Source: Bdellovibrionales bacterium (lineage in GTDB: Bacteria > Bdellovibrionota > Bdellovibrionia > Bdellovibrionales > UBA1609). From it: a stretch of DNA of 64,000 bases. The notes below the pieces were generated by a model. That model did no database searches and had not been told where the DNA came from. It was given only the letters and a program-made list of their open reading frames with translations. The position numbers and the translations under genes are program-made. Shown here in pieces: positions 1 through 10,581 of the stretch (position 1 is the stretch's first letter; each line of letters starts with the position of its first letter). The stretch spans positions 1 through 64,000 of the forward strand of contig DAHVQG010000010.1 of assembly GCA_027317865.1 (NCBI GenBank), in the 5' to 3' direction.

Positions 1-396
1 ATCCTATCCGACCACTTCGGTAATTTAAAAAATAAATCGGTTTTGGTTCTTGGACTTGCTTTTAAGCCGGGGACTGATGACGTTAGGGAGTCCGCTTCTA
101 TCAAAATAATTTCTGATCTTGTTACACGAGGCGCCCAAGTTTCCGCCCATGACCCTATCGCACTAGAAAACTTCAAAAAATTTGCTGGCGTTGATTCGTC
201 AAATGTCAAATATCTTGACGACTGGAAAACCGCAGCATCAGAGGCAGATGCAATCGTAATTGCGACCACATGGGCCGATTACCGGGCGCTGTCGGAGCAA
301 AATCTTGACGGGAAGGTCCTTTTTGACGCGCGTAGAATGTTTAAACCTGGTCAGATTCGAGGCGCCAAATACTGTTCAATAGGGCGACGGGTCTAG
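1..396 (+). CDS. UDP-glucose/GDP-mannose dehydrogenase family protein, C-terminal part (5' truncated by window)
   Basis: Frame is open from base 1; VLGLAFKPGTDDVRES and FDARR motifs of the C-terminal UDP-binding domain. Confidence 0.9.
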   Translation: MLSDHFGNLKNKSVLVLGLAFKPGTDDVRESASIKIISDLVTRGAQVSAHDPIALENFKKFAGVDSSNVKYLDDWKTAASEADAIVIATTWADYRALSEQNLDGKVLFDARRMFKPGQIRGAKYCSIGRRV

Positions 397-969
397 ATGG
401 AGTTTAAAGAAACCTACCTGCCAGGGGTTTTCATCGTTGAGGCCACCGCGAAACATGATGAGCGCGGATTCTTTGCAAGAATTTTCTGCGAGGACGAATT
501 CAGCGCTGCGGGCATTAATTTTAAAATCAAGCAGATCAATAATTCTTTGAGCAAAAAGGCGGGTACTCTTAGGGGGCTACATTACCAAGCAGCGCCTTAC
601 GGCGAGGATAAATTTCTTCGCTGTGTTTTTGGATCGGTCGCGGACATAGTGGTTGATCTGAGGCCGGGTTCGCCAAAATTCAAAGAAGCAATTGTCGAAG
701 TGCTCAGTGCCACCAATCGACGGGCGATATTCATCCCAAAGGGATGCGCGCATGGGTTCATGACGCTAGAAGAGAACTCGGAGGTAATTTACGCTTCGTC
801 TAGCGCGTACTCTAAAGGTAGCGAGCGGATCTTGCGTTGGAATGATCCCGTTTTGAACCTGCCGCTGCCAATGTCGCCGCAAATACTGTCCGAAAAAGAT
901 CAGACAGCGCCAGACTTTCAGGAGGATACACATGGGTCGGGTTATCAATTTATAAGGAATCAAAAATGA
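397..969 (+). CDS. rmlC: dTDP-4-dehydrorhamnose 3,5-epimerase family (RmlC-like)
   Basis: DERGFF, GTLRGLHYQ, VDLRPGSP, IPKGCAHGF motifs. Confidence 0.88.
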   Translation: MEFKETYLPGVFIVEATAKHDERGFFARIFCEDEFSAAGINFKIKQINNSLSKKAGTLRGLHYQAAPYGEDKFLRCVFGSVADIVVDLRPGSPKFKEAIVEVLSATNRRAIFIPKGCAHGFMTLEENSEVIYASSSAYSKGSERILRWNDPVLNLPLPMSPQILSEKDQTAPDFQEDTHGSGYQFIRNQK

Positions 970-1904
970 AAGTCTTACTCTCTGGGGTAAGTTCGTTCAC
1001 GGGTTATTGGTTCGCAAAGGACTTAGTAGATCGAGGGCACGATGTAACTGGGGTCTTAACTCGGCAACTAAGTGACTACGAAGGCAATCGCGCAGCACGA
1101 CTTCAAAAACTTTCAAACGGTTGTCGGCTAGTTGAAGGCGTCAAATTTGGCGATGATCGCTTCCTAAAGCTTCTCAATGAAAAGAAATTCGACATTTATT
1201 GCCATCACGCTGCATACATGGAGTCATACCGCTCGACCGGATATGATTTTGTATGCGCGATCCAAAATGACGGCGGAATGCTTAACGTAATCAGAAGACT
1301 CAAAGAATGCGGCGCGAAGGGTATCGTCTACACGGGCAGTGTATTTGAGCCCGGGGAAGGGATAGGGTCAGACCAGGTTCGTGCATTTTCACCGTATGGG
1401 GTGACTAAAGCTGCGCTGTTTTCATACTTCAAATACTTTTGCCATCGCGAGCAGCTCAAGATAGGTAAGTTTGTAATTCCAAACCCATTTGGTGCGTTTG
1501 AAGAGCCGAAGTTTACCACATATTTAATCAAAAATTGGCATTCTCATACTACACCCACGGTTAAGACACCGGACTACGTCCGCGACAATATTCATGTGGA
1601 CCTTCTTGCTCGAATTTATAGTAAATTTTGCGAGCGATTAAACACGTACGAATGCGAAGAGGTAAAAATAAATCCCAGCCAATATATTGAGACACAAGGG
1701 CAATTTGCCGTGAGATTCGCTACGGAGATGTCAAAGCGACTCGGTCGTGACTGTCCGCTAAAGTTTGGCAAGCAAGTGGAGTTTACGGAACCCATGATTC
1801 GAGTAAACTGTGACCCGGCGTTACGACTAGCGCCTGAGTGGATCGAAGCCGAAGCGTGGGATAGCCTGGCGCGCTTCTATGTCGAGCACGCCGGCCCTTA
1901 TTGA
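966..1904 (+). CDS. NAD-dependent epimerase/dehydratase
   Basis: N-terminal Rossmann-like GVSSFTG, YGVTK (YxxxK), VRDNIHV; ATGA overlap with rmlC. Confidence 0.8.
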   Translation: MKVLLSGVSSFTGYWFAKDLVDRGHDVTGVLTRQLSDYEGNRAARLQKLSNGCRLVEGVKFGDDRFLKLLNEKKFDIYCHHAAYMESYRSTGYDFVCAIQNDGGMLNVIRRLKECGAKGIVYTGSVFEPGEGIGSDQVRAFSPYGVTKAALFSYFKYFCHREQLKIGKFVIPNPFGAFEEPKFTTYLIKNWHSHTTPTVKTPDYVRDNIHVDLLARIYSKFCERLNTYECEEVKINPSQYIETQGQFAVRFATEMSKRLGRDCPLKFGKQVEFTEPMIRVNCDPALRLAPEWIEAEAWDSLARFYVEHAGPY

Positions 1905-1913
1905 AAGGCGGCA

Positions 1914-4142
1914 GTGGTTTTGAAGACGCTCATCAGGTCGTTTATCACAGAAAGAAAAAACCTAACCAAGTACTTTTTGCGCCTGTTGAAGGGGGCCGAC
2001 AATTTTATTTACCTGCGTAAATTTCAATATCGAGAGTTCTTCTTTATTTCCTTGATACGGCGGTCGTACTTTTTCAGCGTCATACACTTTATTCTACTGG
2101 GGCAGTATGAACTTAAGTATGGCCTCTGGCGCCTTGGTTTCAACTATAAGGGGCGATACCTGGAGTTCGTCGAAGAGTACTATTTGAAGGCCAACCCCGA
2201 TGTCGTCCAGTTAATCAGCCAGGGCAAGGTTTCAAGCGCCGCACAGCATTTTGTTAGGCGGGGCTACAAAGAAGTACTTGCCGGCACGCGAATTTTATAT
2301 CCAGAAAGCGCAACGACGAGGCTACTTAGAAAAGAGAAGTTAACTGCAAAAACGTCCGGCCGCCACATTTGTTTTTTTGCGCATTATGACTGCCAGGGGC
2401 TGATTGACGAGTACGTACTCGAATATCTGGACCGCCTGCGCGAACTCGATTGTGACATTGTTTTTGTGTCAGGAAGCGCAAAGCCAACGGAGCTCCATAA
2501 AATTGCCGGCCGCTGTTTAATGTATTTAGAAAGAGATGAGGGGGGCCGGGACTTCGGCTCTTGGTATCTGGCTCTTAAACATGCCAATTTAAACCTTTCG
2601 ACGTATGACTATATGATATGGGCCAACGATAGTGTCTACTTCCCTGTGAGGCCCGTTTCAAATCTAATCCAGAAAATGAAAGAGCGAAAGCTGGATTACT
2701 GGGGCATCACAGATTCAATTGAGGAGGGCCCAAAGTGTCACAGCTATCATATTCAAAGTTATTTTCTCGCGTTCTCCCAAAAAGCTCGGTCATCTGGACT
2801 GATTGAGGCCTTCATTGAGCGGTACGAAAAACACGACGTGCTTAGCAAAAAGGGACAAATCGTTTTATTCGAGTATGGCTTGAGCCAGATCGCAATGTCG
2901 AAAAATCTGCAAATCGGCGCACTCTGTACAATTGAGGACTTGCATGAGTTCGAGAAAACTCAAAGGCCGAATATACGTGCAATACAAATGTCGAATCCGA
3001 CAATAGACCTCTGGGATACCGCTATTGGTCGCTTTAACTGCCCGGCCCTCAAGGTTGAGTTAGTAAAAAAACGTCTCGTCAGCCAGGTTGCAATCGATTC
3101 GGTCATTGGGGCGCAATACGATGCGAGTCTAGTTTGGAATCATACCCTTAGAACTGCCGGCAAAGTTTACTCCTATTACAAAGATTCCAGTGCAAAAACT
3201 GAGCCCGTGCAGCTCAGACAAAAAATTGTATTTAAGCCGCTTGCCGGCTTAGGTCGGCTGTGTTTTTTCGCACACTATGATAAAGATGCAAAAATTCACG
3301 ACTATGTTTTGACTTCGCTAAAGGCTCTGCGCGAACTTAAAATAGAAATCATCTTTATAACTACCACTGATAATGCAGACGAGCTCGAAAAACTCCGTGG
3401 ATTTGTCAATGAGGTGCTGATTAAAAATAATTCTGGCCGCGATTTTGGATCCTGGTGGCTGGCCATGGCCGACATGGATCCCGTAAAGCTTTCGTATGAC
3501 ACCTACCTACTTATGAATGATTCGATTTATTTCCCTCTGGCAGACCCGAACCAGATGTTCGTCGCAATGGCGAATTACGACTTTTGGGGTGTGGCCGAAT
3601 CTTTCCAACATCGATGGCATGTCATGAGCTTCTTCTGGGCATTTAAGACTGACTGTTATTTAAAATTTCGCGAGCACTTCATCCAAGATTTTTCGCCATT
3701 TTTCGGGAAATGGGACCAAATTCGAAACTACGAGTTGAGGTATCCGAGCATGCTCCGCGAGTTGGGATTTAATGTCGGCGCCTATGTCACTTGTGAAAAG
3801 GTTAGGTCATTTGTGCTCCGGAATAAGAGATCGAATGCAGAGTCGAGTTATGCGCGCGACCTTTTGTTCAATATGAACCATCCCTTCTGGGATATTATTA
3901 TAGAAAAGTTTAATTGTCCGACCTTGAAAATTGATTTGGTTCGCGACAACCCGACGGGAGTTAAGACACTGGGGCATTTAAAAGACTTCATAGAGACGAA
4001 AACATCTTATGATTTCGGTAATATTGAACGGCACCAGTGCGCCTTGAACATGGGCCCAGAACCCATTCCAAACGGTTTGTCCGAGCAGGCGAACGGGGTA
4101 AACGCGATTCGGGCCGCCACGTTCCTGGCAACAGACATGTGA
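1914..4142 (+). CDS. Rhamnan synthesis F (RgpF)-family protein with two tandem RgpF-like domains
   Basis: Motif set CFFAHYD...GRDFGSW...NDS.YFP...D(Y/F)WG...H..S occurs twice; start codon uncertain. Confidence 0.75.
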   Translation: MVLKTLIRSFITERKNLTKYFLRLLKGADNFIYLRKFQYREFFFISLIRRSYFFSVIHFILLGQYELKYGLWRLGFNYKGRYLEFVEEYYLKANPDVVQLISQGKVSSAAQHFVRRGYKEVLAGTRILYPESATTRLLRKEKLTAKTSGRHICFFAHYDCQGLIDEYVLEYLDRLRELDCDIVFVSGSAKPTELHKIAGRCLMYLERDEGGRDFGSWYLALKHANLNLSTYDYMIWANDSVYFPVRPVSNLIQKMKERKLDYWGITDSIEEGPKCHSYHIQSYFLAFSQKARSSGLIEAFIERYEKHDVLSKKGQIVLFEYGLSQIAMSKNLQIGALCTIEDLHEFEKTQRPNIRAIQMSNPTIDLWDTAIGRFNCPALKVELVKKRLVSQVAIDSVIGAQYDASLVWNHTLRTAGKVYSYYKDSSAKTEPVQLRQKIVFKPLAGLGRLCFFAHYDKDAKIHDYVLTSLKALRELKIEIIFITTTDNADELEKLRGFVNEVLIKNNSGRDFGSWWLAMADMDPVKLSYDTYLLMNDSIYFPLADPNQMFVAMANYDFWGVAESFQHRWHVMSFFWAFKTDCYLKFREHFIQDFSPFFGKWDQIRNYELRYPSMLRELGFNVGAYVTCEKVRSFVLRNKRSNAESSYARDLLFNMNHPFWDIIIEKFNCPTLKIDLVRDNPTGVKTLGHLKDFIETKTSYDFGNIERHQCALNMGPEPIPNGLSEQANGVNAIRAATFLATDM

Positions 4143-4213
4143 AGCGTAGTCCGCATTGACCGCATTTGAAATTGCACTGGGTCCATCTAAAACTCTTAAA
4201 CGTAGAGGGCCAG

Positions 4214-5119
4214 TCAGGAGTAAGCCCCTAGGAGTATCAGAAGCCTTAGAAGGCAATCATCAAGGTGTTTATCGCGACGGATACGGCTCGATAATGCGAG
4301 CTGACTGCGCATATACCAAGAACATTTTGAGTCCTCAATCATGTTTAGTGTTTTTAGCTGCTCTGAAGTTAGTTGCCCCTTGTATAACCGCGCGACTGCA
4401 ATTGCCTGACGGTGCCACGGCGTTAAGGCTCTATTCTTATAGAGTCGATTCAGTCGGTTCAACCAACTTTTAAAAAACCCTGACGGAGCGCCAGAATTAT
4501 TGTTCTTATGCTGTCTGTATTTGAGCGACGGTCTCGGATCAAAAATGACATCGCCGACGGCGGCTACAACAAGATAGCACCACCAGTCGTGAGTAAGGGC
4601 CAGGTCGGTTGGGTTATGCGCGACAATAAGGTCACGGGCGACGCGGTTCAATACCATTGTGCAACCATAGGTCAGGCATTCCACGAGCGCGGACCGAAAG
4701 CTAATCTCCTTCGGCATGAGGGGGGGGCCACATGTTTCAAGCTGTTCATTTACACGCTCAAAACTGCTGGCATACAATGCGGGCCGATCTTTAAGCGATG
4801 AAAGCGAATTTATTGCACGTTCAATCTTATCGGGGAACCAAACGTCATCTTGATCGGAAAACGCATAGTAGTCGGCATCGCCCGAATTCATAAGCAAAGT
4901 CAGAAAGCTCTTTGCGTAACCGAGATTTTCCCCCGCTTCGACAAGAATCATTTGAGGATGCTTTTGTTGGTAACTGCGTAAAATGTCTGTCGTGTTGTCT
5001 GAGGAGCCGTCATCGCGAATTCGAATGCGGATATCCTTGACCGTTTGGCCGAGAAGACTGTCGAGTTGTTCGACTAAGAATTCTTCGCCATTAAAGGTAG
5101 AAAGCAAGATCTCGACCAT
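4214..5119 (-). CDS. Glycosyltransferase family 2 (RgpB-like rhamnosyltransferase)
   Basis: ILLSTFNGEEFL, RDDGSSD, FSDQDDVW, HDWW, YRQH; ATG at 5119 preceded by GAGGA. Confidence 0.88.
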   Translation of the reverse strand: MVEILLSTFNGEEFLVEQLDSLLGQTVKDIRIRIRDDGSSDNTTDILRSYQQKHPQMILVEAGENLGYAKSFLTLLMNSGDADYYAFSDQDDVWFPDKIERAINSLSSLKDRPALYASSFERVNEQLETCGPPLMPKEISFRSALVECLTYGCTMVLNRVARDLIVAHNPTDLALTHDWWCYLVVAAVGDVIFDPRPSLKYRQHKNNNSGAPSGFFKSWLNRLNRLYKNRALTPWHRQAIAVARLYKGQLTSEQLKTLNMIEDSKCSWYMRSQLALSSRIRRDKHLDDCLLRLLILLGAYS

Positions 5120-5387
5120 TCGTCCTCTTTTACTTACAAAGCCGAAGTCGTCAATGGCTTGGACGCCAACACCTGCGATATTGTCCGCGGTTTTTGACGC
5201 TTTAATCAACAACACTGGTGGGCCTTGGCACAACGATTCGATCACTGTGGCCGAAAGCCAGCGATCGATTTGCCATAACCATGCAGACAGAATTTGGATC
5301 GACCAGCTGTTACAACAAAACCTTTGAGCATTAAACTTATGCCCTTGCGACGCCGCTGGTGAAATAGTAATACCTTAGGCTCTGAAA

Positions 5388-6842
5388 ATGAATGATATAG
5401 ATGCGAAATTGCCCATTTGCGTTGATCTCGACGGCACGCTGATCAATACAGACCTGCTGTTTGAGTCGACGATGACGTTATTGAGGCAAAATTTATTGTA
5501 TTTAATTTGTCTGCCGATCTGGCTGATGAAGGGTCGGGCTTACTTAAAACGACAGATTGCAACTCGAATCGACATTGACCCCTGTGCGCTGCCGTACCAT
5601 GCCGAGCTTTTAGAGTTTCTCAAAACTGAGCGTAACAATGGCCGAGATCTCGTTTTGGCGACCGCTTCCGACCAAAAATATGCCGAATGTGTGTCATCGC
5701 ACCTGGGGCTTTTCACTCAAGCTTTTGGCAGTGACGGCGTTACCAATCTTTCGCGGCATCGAAAATCATCGCTTCTTGAAGGCCGGTTTGGTAAATCCGG
5801 ATTTGTTTATGCCGGTAATTCGTACGCGGATGTGCCGGTCTGGCAAGTTGCAACTGCCTCAATTGTCGTGGCGCCGGAGGGCCGGCTACTAAATAAGGTT
5901 AAAAAAGATACCTCAATTCACTTGTGGCGCACGTTTGAGCGGCCAAAAAACCTCACAAAGTCGATTATTAATTCGTTACGCATTCACCAGTGGGTCAAAA
6001 ATTTACTTATCTTTGTACCCGCCGTGACCGCGCATAAAATCTTTGAACCACTTTATTTTGAACAATCCCTAATCGCATTTATCGCATTTAGCTTCTGTGC
6101 TTCTTCGGTTTACGTATTGAACGATATCGTCGATGTTAACGCCGATCGGATTCATCCGAAAAAACGAAACCGCCCTATCGCGTCCGGCAACTTGCCTCTT
6201 TCGGTCGCATTCGGCATCGTGCCAATTCTTTTGTGTGTGTCGTTTGCTGTGGCACTTGCCCTACCAAATGTATTCATTGCGTGGCTCGCGTTTTATTTTG
6301 CATTCACTTTGGCGTACACTTTTTTTGCGAAAAGAATTGCCCTGTTAGATGTTCTGTTTCTAGCCGGCCTTTTCACGGCGCGAATTGCAGCCGGCCAATT
6401 TGCTACCGGTATTGAGTTCTCGCCATGGCTGTTTGCGTTTTCGGGGTTTTTCTTTCTAAGTCTCGCGTTTTTAAAACGCTATACCGAAATCAACAAGCTT
6501 AAAGGAACCGACTTGATAGAAAACATGGGGCGTTCTTACCGTTCGGACGACCTCGATCTAATACGCAGTTTGGGCACAGCGAGTGCTTACGCATCAATTC
6601 TTATTTTTGCACTATATGTAGATAGTAATCGCGTTCGAGCGCTTTATCGGCACCCGGGCGCGCTTTGGTTTATTGCGCCGATTCTCGTTTACTGGGTTAG
6701 TCGCGTTTGGCTTTTGGCTCAGCGTGGGGAACTTGACTACGATCCGATCGTTTTTGCCCTTAAAGATAAAGTCAGCTACGTTTTGCTCTCAATGACTGCG
6801 ATCATTATTGTATTAGCAACTCGGGGTTTTATATTGAGGTGA
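5388..6842 (+). CDS. HAD-like domain + UbiA-family prenyltransferase (polyprenyl-phosphate phosphoribosyltransferase-like)
   Basis: N-terminal VDLDGTL HAD motif; RIHQWVKN, YVLNDIVDVNADRIHPKKRNRPIASG, KRY.E, DPIVFALKD; many TM helices. Confidence 0.88.
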   Translation: MNDIDAKLPICVDLDGTLINTDLLFESTMTLLRQNLLYLICLPIWLMKGRAYLKRQIATRIDIDPCALPYHAELLEFLKTERNNGRDLVLATASDQKYAECVSSHLGLFTQAFGSDGVTNLSRHRKSSLLEGRFGKSGFVYAGNSYADVPVWQVATASIVVAPEGRLLNKVKKDTSIHLWRTFERPKNLTKSIINSLRIHQWVKNLLIFVPAVTAHKIFEPLYFEQSLIAFIAFSFCASSVYVLNDIVDVNADRIHPKKRNRPIASGNLPLSVAFGIVPILLCVSFAVALALPNVFIAWLAFYFAFTLAYTFFAKRIALLDVLFLAGLFTARIAAGQFATGIEFSPWLFAFSGFFFLSLAFLKRYTEINKLKGTDLIENMGRSYRSDDLDLIRSLGTASAYASILIFALYVDSNRVRALYRHPGALWFIAPILVYWVSRVWLLAQRGELDYDPIVFALKDKVSYVLLSMTAIIIVLATRGFILR

Positions 6843-6845
6843 GAA

Positions 6846-8135
6846 TTGAACGCCTATCAGAGCTGGGGGCTTTACCCGCCAGCTGAGCAAAAAATTTTGC
6901 GGCAAGAATGGCTGAGTGATGAGCTCCCAAACGAAAACTGTATACTGCCCTATGGTCAGGGGCGCAGTTACGGCGATTCGTGCTTAAACGACGGCCATTC
7001 TTTGTTGCTGACAAGCTCGCTCAATCATTTTATTTTCTTTGATCGAAAAAATGGCGTAATTCGCTGCGAAGCCGGGGTCACGATCGACGAGCTGCTGAAG
7101 TTGATTGTGCCTTGTGGTTGGTTTGTGCCGGTGACGCCGGGGACAAAATTTGTTTCGATTGGCGGAGCCGTCGCAAACGACGTTCATGGCAAAAATCATC
7201 ATGTCGCCGGGAGCTTCGGTTGCCACGTTCTGGCCTTTGAGCTTCTACGGTCGGATACCGGCCGAATTCAATGCTCGCCTCAGCAAAACGGCGATTTATT
7301 TTGTGCCACGATTGGGGGCCTTGGGCTCACGGGGCTCATAACCTGGGTGGAAATCAAGCTTAAGCCCATTGAAACGGCTTACATTGAGCAGATTTCAACA
7401 CGGTTCGCAAATCTTTCAGAATTTTTCGCGCTTTCAGAAAAGTATTCAAGCTCCACATATACAGTAGCCTGGATTGATTGTCTCGCAAGTGAAAAAAACT
7501 TGGGCCGCGGGTTGTTTTTCTGTGGCGAACACTTGAAAGACCATGCGCGAGATTTAATGGTCCATTCCCAACCGAGATTTTCAGTTCCGTTTTTTATGCC
7601 CGAAAAATTATTGAATTCGTGGACTTTGAATATTTTTAACAGCTCGTATTATCATAAACCAATCGCGAAGAAAAAAAGGGTTCATTATGACCCGTTTTTT
7701 TATCCGCTTGATCGCATAAACAATTGGAACCGTCTATACGGCCGCCGTGGATTTATGCAGTATCAGTGTGTCGTGCCCAAAGAAGTTGCTGAAAAGACTC
7801 TTAGTGCGATTTTACAAAAAATTTCTGCGGCGAAAACGGGCTCATTTCTGGCGGTTCTAAAAATGTTTGGTGATCGACGCTCACCGGGCATTCTTTCATT
7901 TCCTCGTCCTGGCGCCACACTGGCTCTCGATTTTCAAAACTCCGGCCCAAAAATTTTTCAACTGTTAGAAGAACTTGACGAAATTGTCGTGCACGCCGGC
8001 GGTGCGGTATATGCGGCCAAAGACGCCCGCATGTCAGCAAAAACATTCCGCGCTTCATATCCTAGCCAAGATCAGATGGTAACCTATTTAGACCCGAATT
8101 TTTCATCAAGTTTCTGGCGGAGGGTTCGCGCGTGA
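6846..8135 (+). CDS. FAD-binding oxidoreductase, DprE1-like (polyprenyl-phosphoribose 2'-oxidase)
   Basis: GQGRSYGD, PVTPGTKFVSIGGAVANDVHGKNHH, GGLGLTG, YAAKDARM; adjacent to UbiA and SDR genes. Confidence 0.88.
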   Translation: MNAYQSWGLYPPAEQKILRQEWLSDELPNENCILPYGQGRSYGDSCLNDGHSLLLTSSLNHFIFFDRKNGVIRCEAGVTIDELLKLIVPCGWFVPVTPGTKFVSIGGAVANDVHGKNHHVAGSFGCHVLAFELLRSDTGRIQCSPQQNGDLFCATIGGLGLTGLITWVEIKLKPIETAYIEQISTRFANLSEFFALSEKYSSSTYTVAWIDCLASEKNLGRGLFFCGEHLKDHARDLMVHSQPRFSVPFFMPEKLLNSWTLNIFNSSYYHKPIAKKKRVHYDPFFYPLDRINNWNRLYGRRGFMQYQCVVPKEVAEKTLSAILQKISAAKTGSFLAVLKMFGDRRSPGILSFPRPGATLALDFQNSGPKIFQLLEELDEIVVHAGGAVYAAKDARMSAKTFRASYPSQDQMVTYLDPNFSSSFWRRVRA

Positions 8136-8872
8136 ACAAAATCGTGATTTTTGGTGCGACCTCTGGGATTGCGCGCGAGATGATTCGCTTGTTTGCGGCG
8201 CGTGGCGATGCACTTTTTTTAGTTGCTCGTGACGAGTCCAGGCTTAAAACGCTCATCGATGATGCAAAAGCGATTGGCGGCAATCGTATCGGTGGATGTG
8301 CACGCGACCTCGATTATATCGAGAAGCACGATGAAGTTTTAAAATTGGCCGACGAATTTCTTGATAACTTTGATAAAGTGATCGTCGCGCATGGTGTGCT
8401 TGGTGACCAAAAAAAAGCCGAAATTGACGTGGCCGAAGATGAGCGTATTTTTTTGACGAATACTCGCAGCGCTATTTCGATCTTAACCTTGGCGGCAAAC
8501 GAACTTTTAGAGCGGGGCCGTGGTCAAATAGCATATTTCTCGTCGCCGGCCGCCTTGCGAGGCCGAGCATCAAACTATGTCTACGGCGCTTCAAAAGCGG
8601 CGGTATCAACATTTCTTTCGGGCTTACGGCAGCGCCTACACAAATCGGGCGTGCACGTAGTGACTATTTACCCAGGATTTGTAGACACACCAATGACCCG
8701 CGATTTTAAAAAAGGATTTTTATGGGCGAAACCCGAAGCTGTTGCAAAGCATGTCATTCACGAGCTCGATCAACAACGGTCATCGGTTATTTTTGTCCCA
8801 TGGTTTTGGCGTTGGATCATGTTGTGCATTAGACTTCTGCCTGAGTCATTGTTTTTAAAGCTAAAAATATGA
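8132..8872 (+). CDS. Short-chain dehydrogenase, DprE2-like
   Basis: GATSGIA, RGRASNYVYGASKA, PGFVDTPMT; context. Confidence 0.85.
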   Translation: MNKIVIFGATSGIAREMIRLFAARGDALFLVARDESRLKTLIDDAKAIGGNRIGGCARDLDYIEKHDEVLKLADEFLDNFDKVIVAHGVLGDQKKAEIDVAEDERIFLTNTRSAISILTLAANELLERGRGQIAYFSSPAALRGRASNYVYGASKAAVSTFLSGLRQRLHKSGVHVVTIYPGFVDTPMTRDFKKGFLWAKPEAVAKHVIHELDQQRSSVIFVPWFWRWIMLCIRLLPESLFLKLKI

Positions 8873-10485
8873 CCATAATTCCAATTGTACTTTTCACCAT
8901 TGTTGGCTTTGCCCTGCAAAAAATGGAGTGGTCGCCAGCAGTCGCCCGCATTTCAAAATCGGTATTATTGTTTCTAATGTCGGCTGCGGTTCTGGCTCTG
9001 GCAATAAATGGAATTCGCTATCTTCTGACGCCAGCGTTTTACAATCTCGGTGAAGAAAATGTTGCTGCGGTTGCGGCCTATTGGTTACGCGGGCACCCGA
9101 TTTATCAATCGTTGACGAGCGCGGATCGCTACTCGCTCCTCTATGGGCCGTTACCAACGTTGATCAATGCCCTCTTTCAGAAATTTGGCTCAAATGTCTT
9201 CTTTGCTTCGAAACTGCCGGGAGTCTTATCGCTTTTTCTAACATTGTTACTGATGCTGGCTCTCATATTCAGAAAGCGGGGGTGGTCGCTTTCGAAGAAA
9301 CTCATTATTTTGTCGACTTTTGCAGCATTTTTAATTGTCTATTTCAATATCAGCTTTTGGGATCGCCCCGACTCTTATGAGTTTTGGCTTACATTGTTAG
9401 GTCTATTGTTGGCCGATAGTGAGGGGCCTGAATTTCAAACGGCTATCGTGTTGGGGGTCATCGCGGCTTGTCTAGCTAACTGCAAGGCAAATGCGCTACT
9501 CACCGTAATCCCGCTTTTTGCTTTTTATTTAGAGCGCCGGCAGCCGCCGAAAATGAGAAGGCTTGTGGGCGCTTTTACATTCGCGATGGCAGCCGCAGGG
9601 CTTGTCGTTTTTCTTATCCCCGGAGTGAGTTTGGTCAATTATCTGTCGATACTTATCTTGGCGGCCCATCAACCGTTTAGCTGGGACCTTTTTTGCAACA
9701 ACGTTGTTTTTGTATTGCCATTATTTGCGCTTCTATGGCTTGCTGACTTTTCGAAACGGTACCGCGCCACATTTTATGTGTTGGCCATTTGTATTGCGCT
9801 TACAATAGTTGCCGCAAGTAAAGTCGGGGCCGGTCGTCACCATCTTTTGCCGTTTCTACCGTTATTTTTCTATTTTGCCGCTATAAGCGAAGAATTACTG
9901 ATGCCAGCTCGAAGAACGCATTTGCGCCGGTATGCCGTTTGCTGTTTTTTGGGGATGTTCTGGCTTGTGCCACAGTTCGAAGGGCGAATGCTCAATTTTT
10001 ATCGACATCATGGCGAACAAGCCGTTAGGGACCTCCAAGATTTGCAAACACTTGAGAAAAAATATCCTGGCGCAAAATCTATGGGTATGACAGACTCTGG
10101 CGCAAACTACAGTAATTTTGATTTATATTATTTTACTCCGGAGCTTGTTCGGCGCGGAGGCCGCTTACTGGTAGACATAGTCGCGATGATAGATTTTCGC
10201 AAAGCGGGTCTTAAGATGCCTGCGGCGACCTATCAGGTGCTTGCAAATTGTGACGTCCGCGATTTTGTTTTGCCGGCCACGGGCAAACCCTGGGTAGTAT
10301 ACTCAACTTTTCGCTACCATCCTGCCATATTCCCTAAAAAGTTCCGTGAAATCTTCTTAAAAAAATACAAAAGAATCGCTACCGTCGGCCCATTTGCACT
10401 TTACCGCTGCAACAATAAAAACAATAAGTCAGTTCGCCGTCACGAGTATAGGGCGCGTCTTAAAGAATACCATTCACATTCGTGA
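8869..10485 (+). CDS. Polytopic membrane protein, probable GT-C-fold glycosyltransferase (paralog 1)
   Basis: About 11-13 hydrophobic segments, acidic first periplasmic loop (GEE), YSLLYGP, RPD motif, soluble C-terminal domain; overlaps SDR stop. Confidence 0.6.
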   Translation: MTIIPIVLFTIVGFALQKMEWSPAVARISKSVLLFLMSAAVLALAINGIRYLLTPAFYNLGEENVAAVAAYWLRGHPIYQSLTSADRYSLLYGPLPTLINALFQKFGSNVFFASKLPGVLSLFLTLLLMLALIFRKRGWSLSKKLIILSTFAAFLIVYFNISFWDRPDSYEFWLTLLGLLLADSEGPEFQTAIVLGVIAACLANCKANALLTVIPLFAFYLERRQPPKMRRLVGAFTFAMAAAGLVVFLIPGVSLVNYLSILILAAHQPFSWDLFCNNVVFVLPLFALLWLADFSKRYRATFYVLAICIALTIVAASKVGAGRHHLLPFLPLFFYFAAISEELLMPARRTHLRRYAVCCFLGMFWLVPQFEGRMLNFYRHHGEQAVRDLQDLQTLEKKYPGAKSMGMTDSGANYSNFDLYYFTPELVRRGGRLLVDIVAMIDFRKAGLKMPAATYQVLANCDVRDFVLPATGKPWVVYSTFRYHPAIFPKKFREIFLKKYKRIATVGPFALYRCNNKNNKSVRRHEYRARLKEYHSHS

Positions 10486-10581
10486 CGGAATAGCGCGGTT
10501 ACAAAACCCATCGCGAAGCAGCTAAATAAAAATTTTTTAAAATCTCGAAGGCCTTGTCTAATTAGAAATCTCCGGTTAGCT

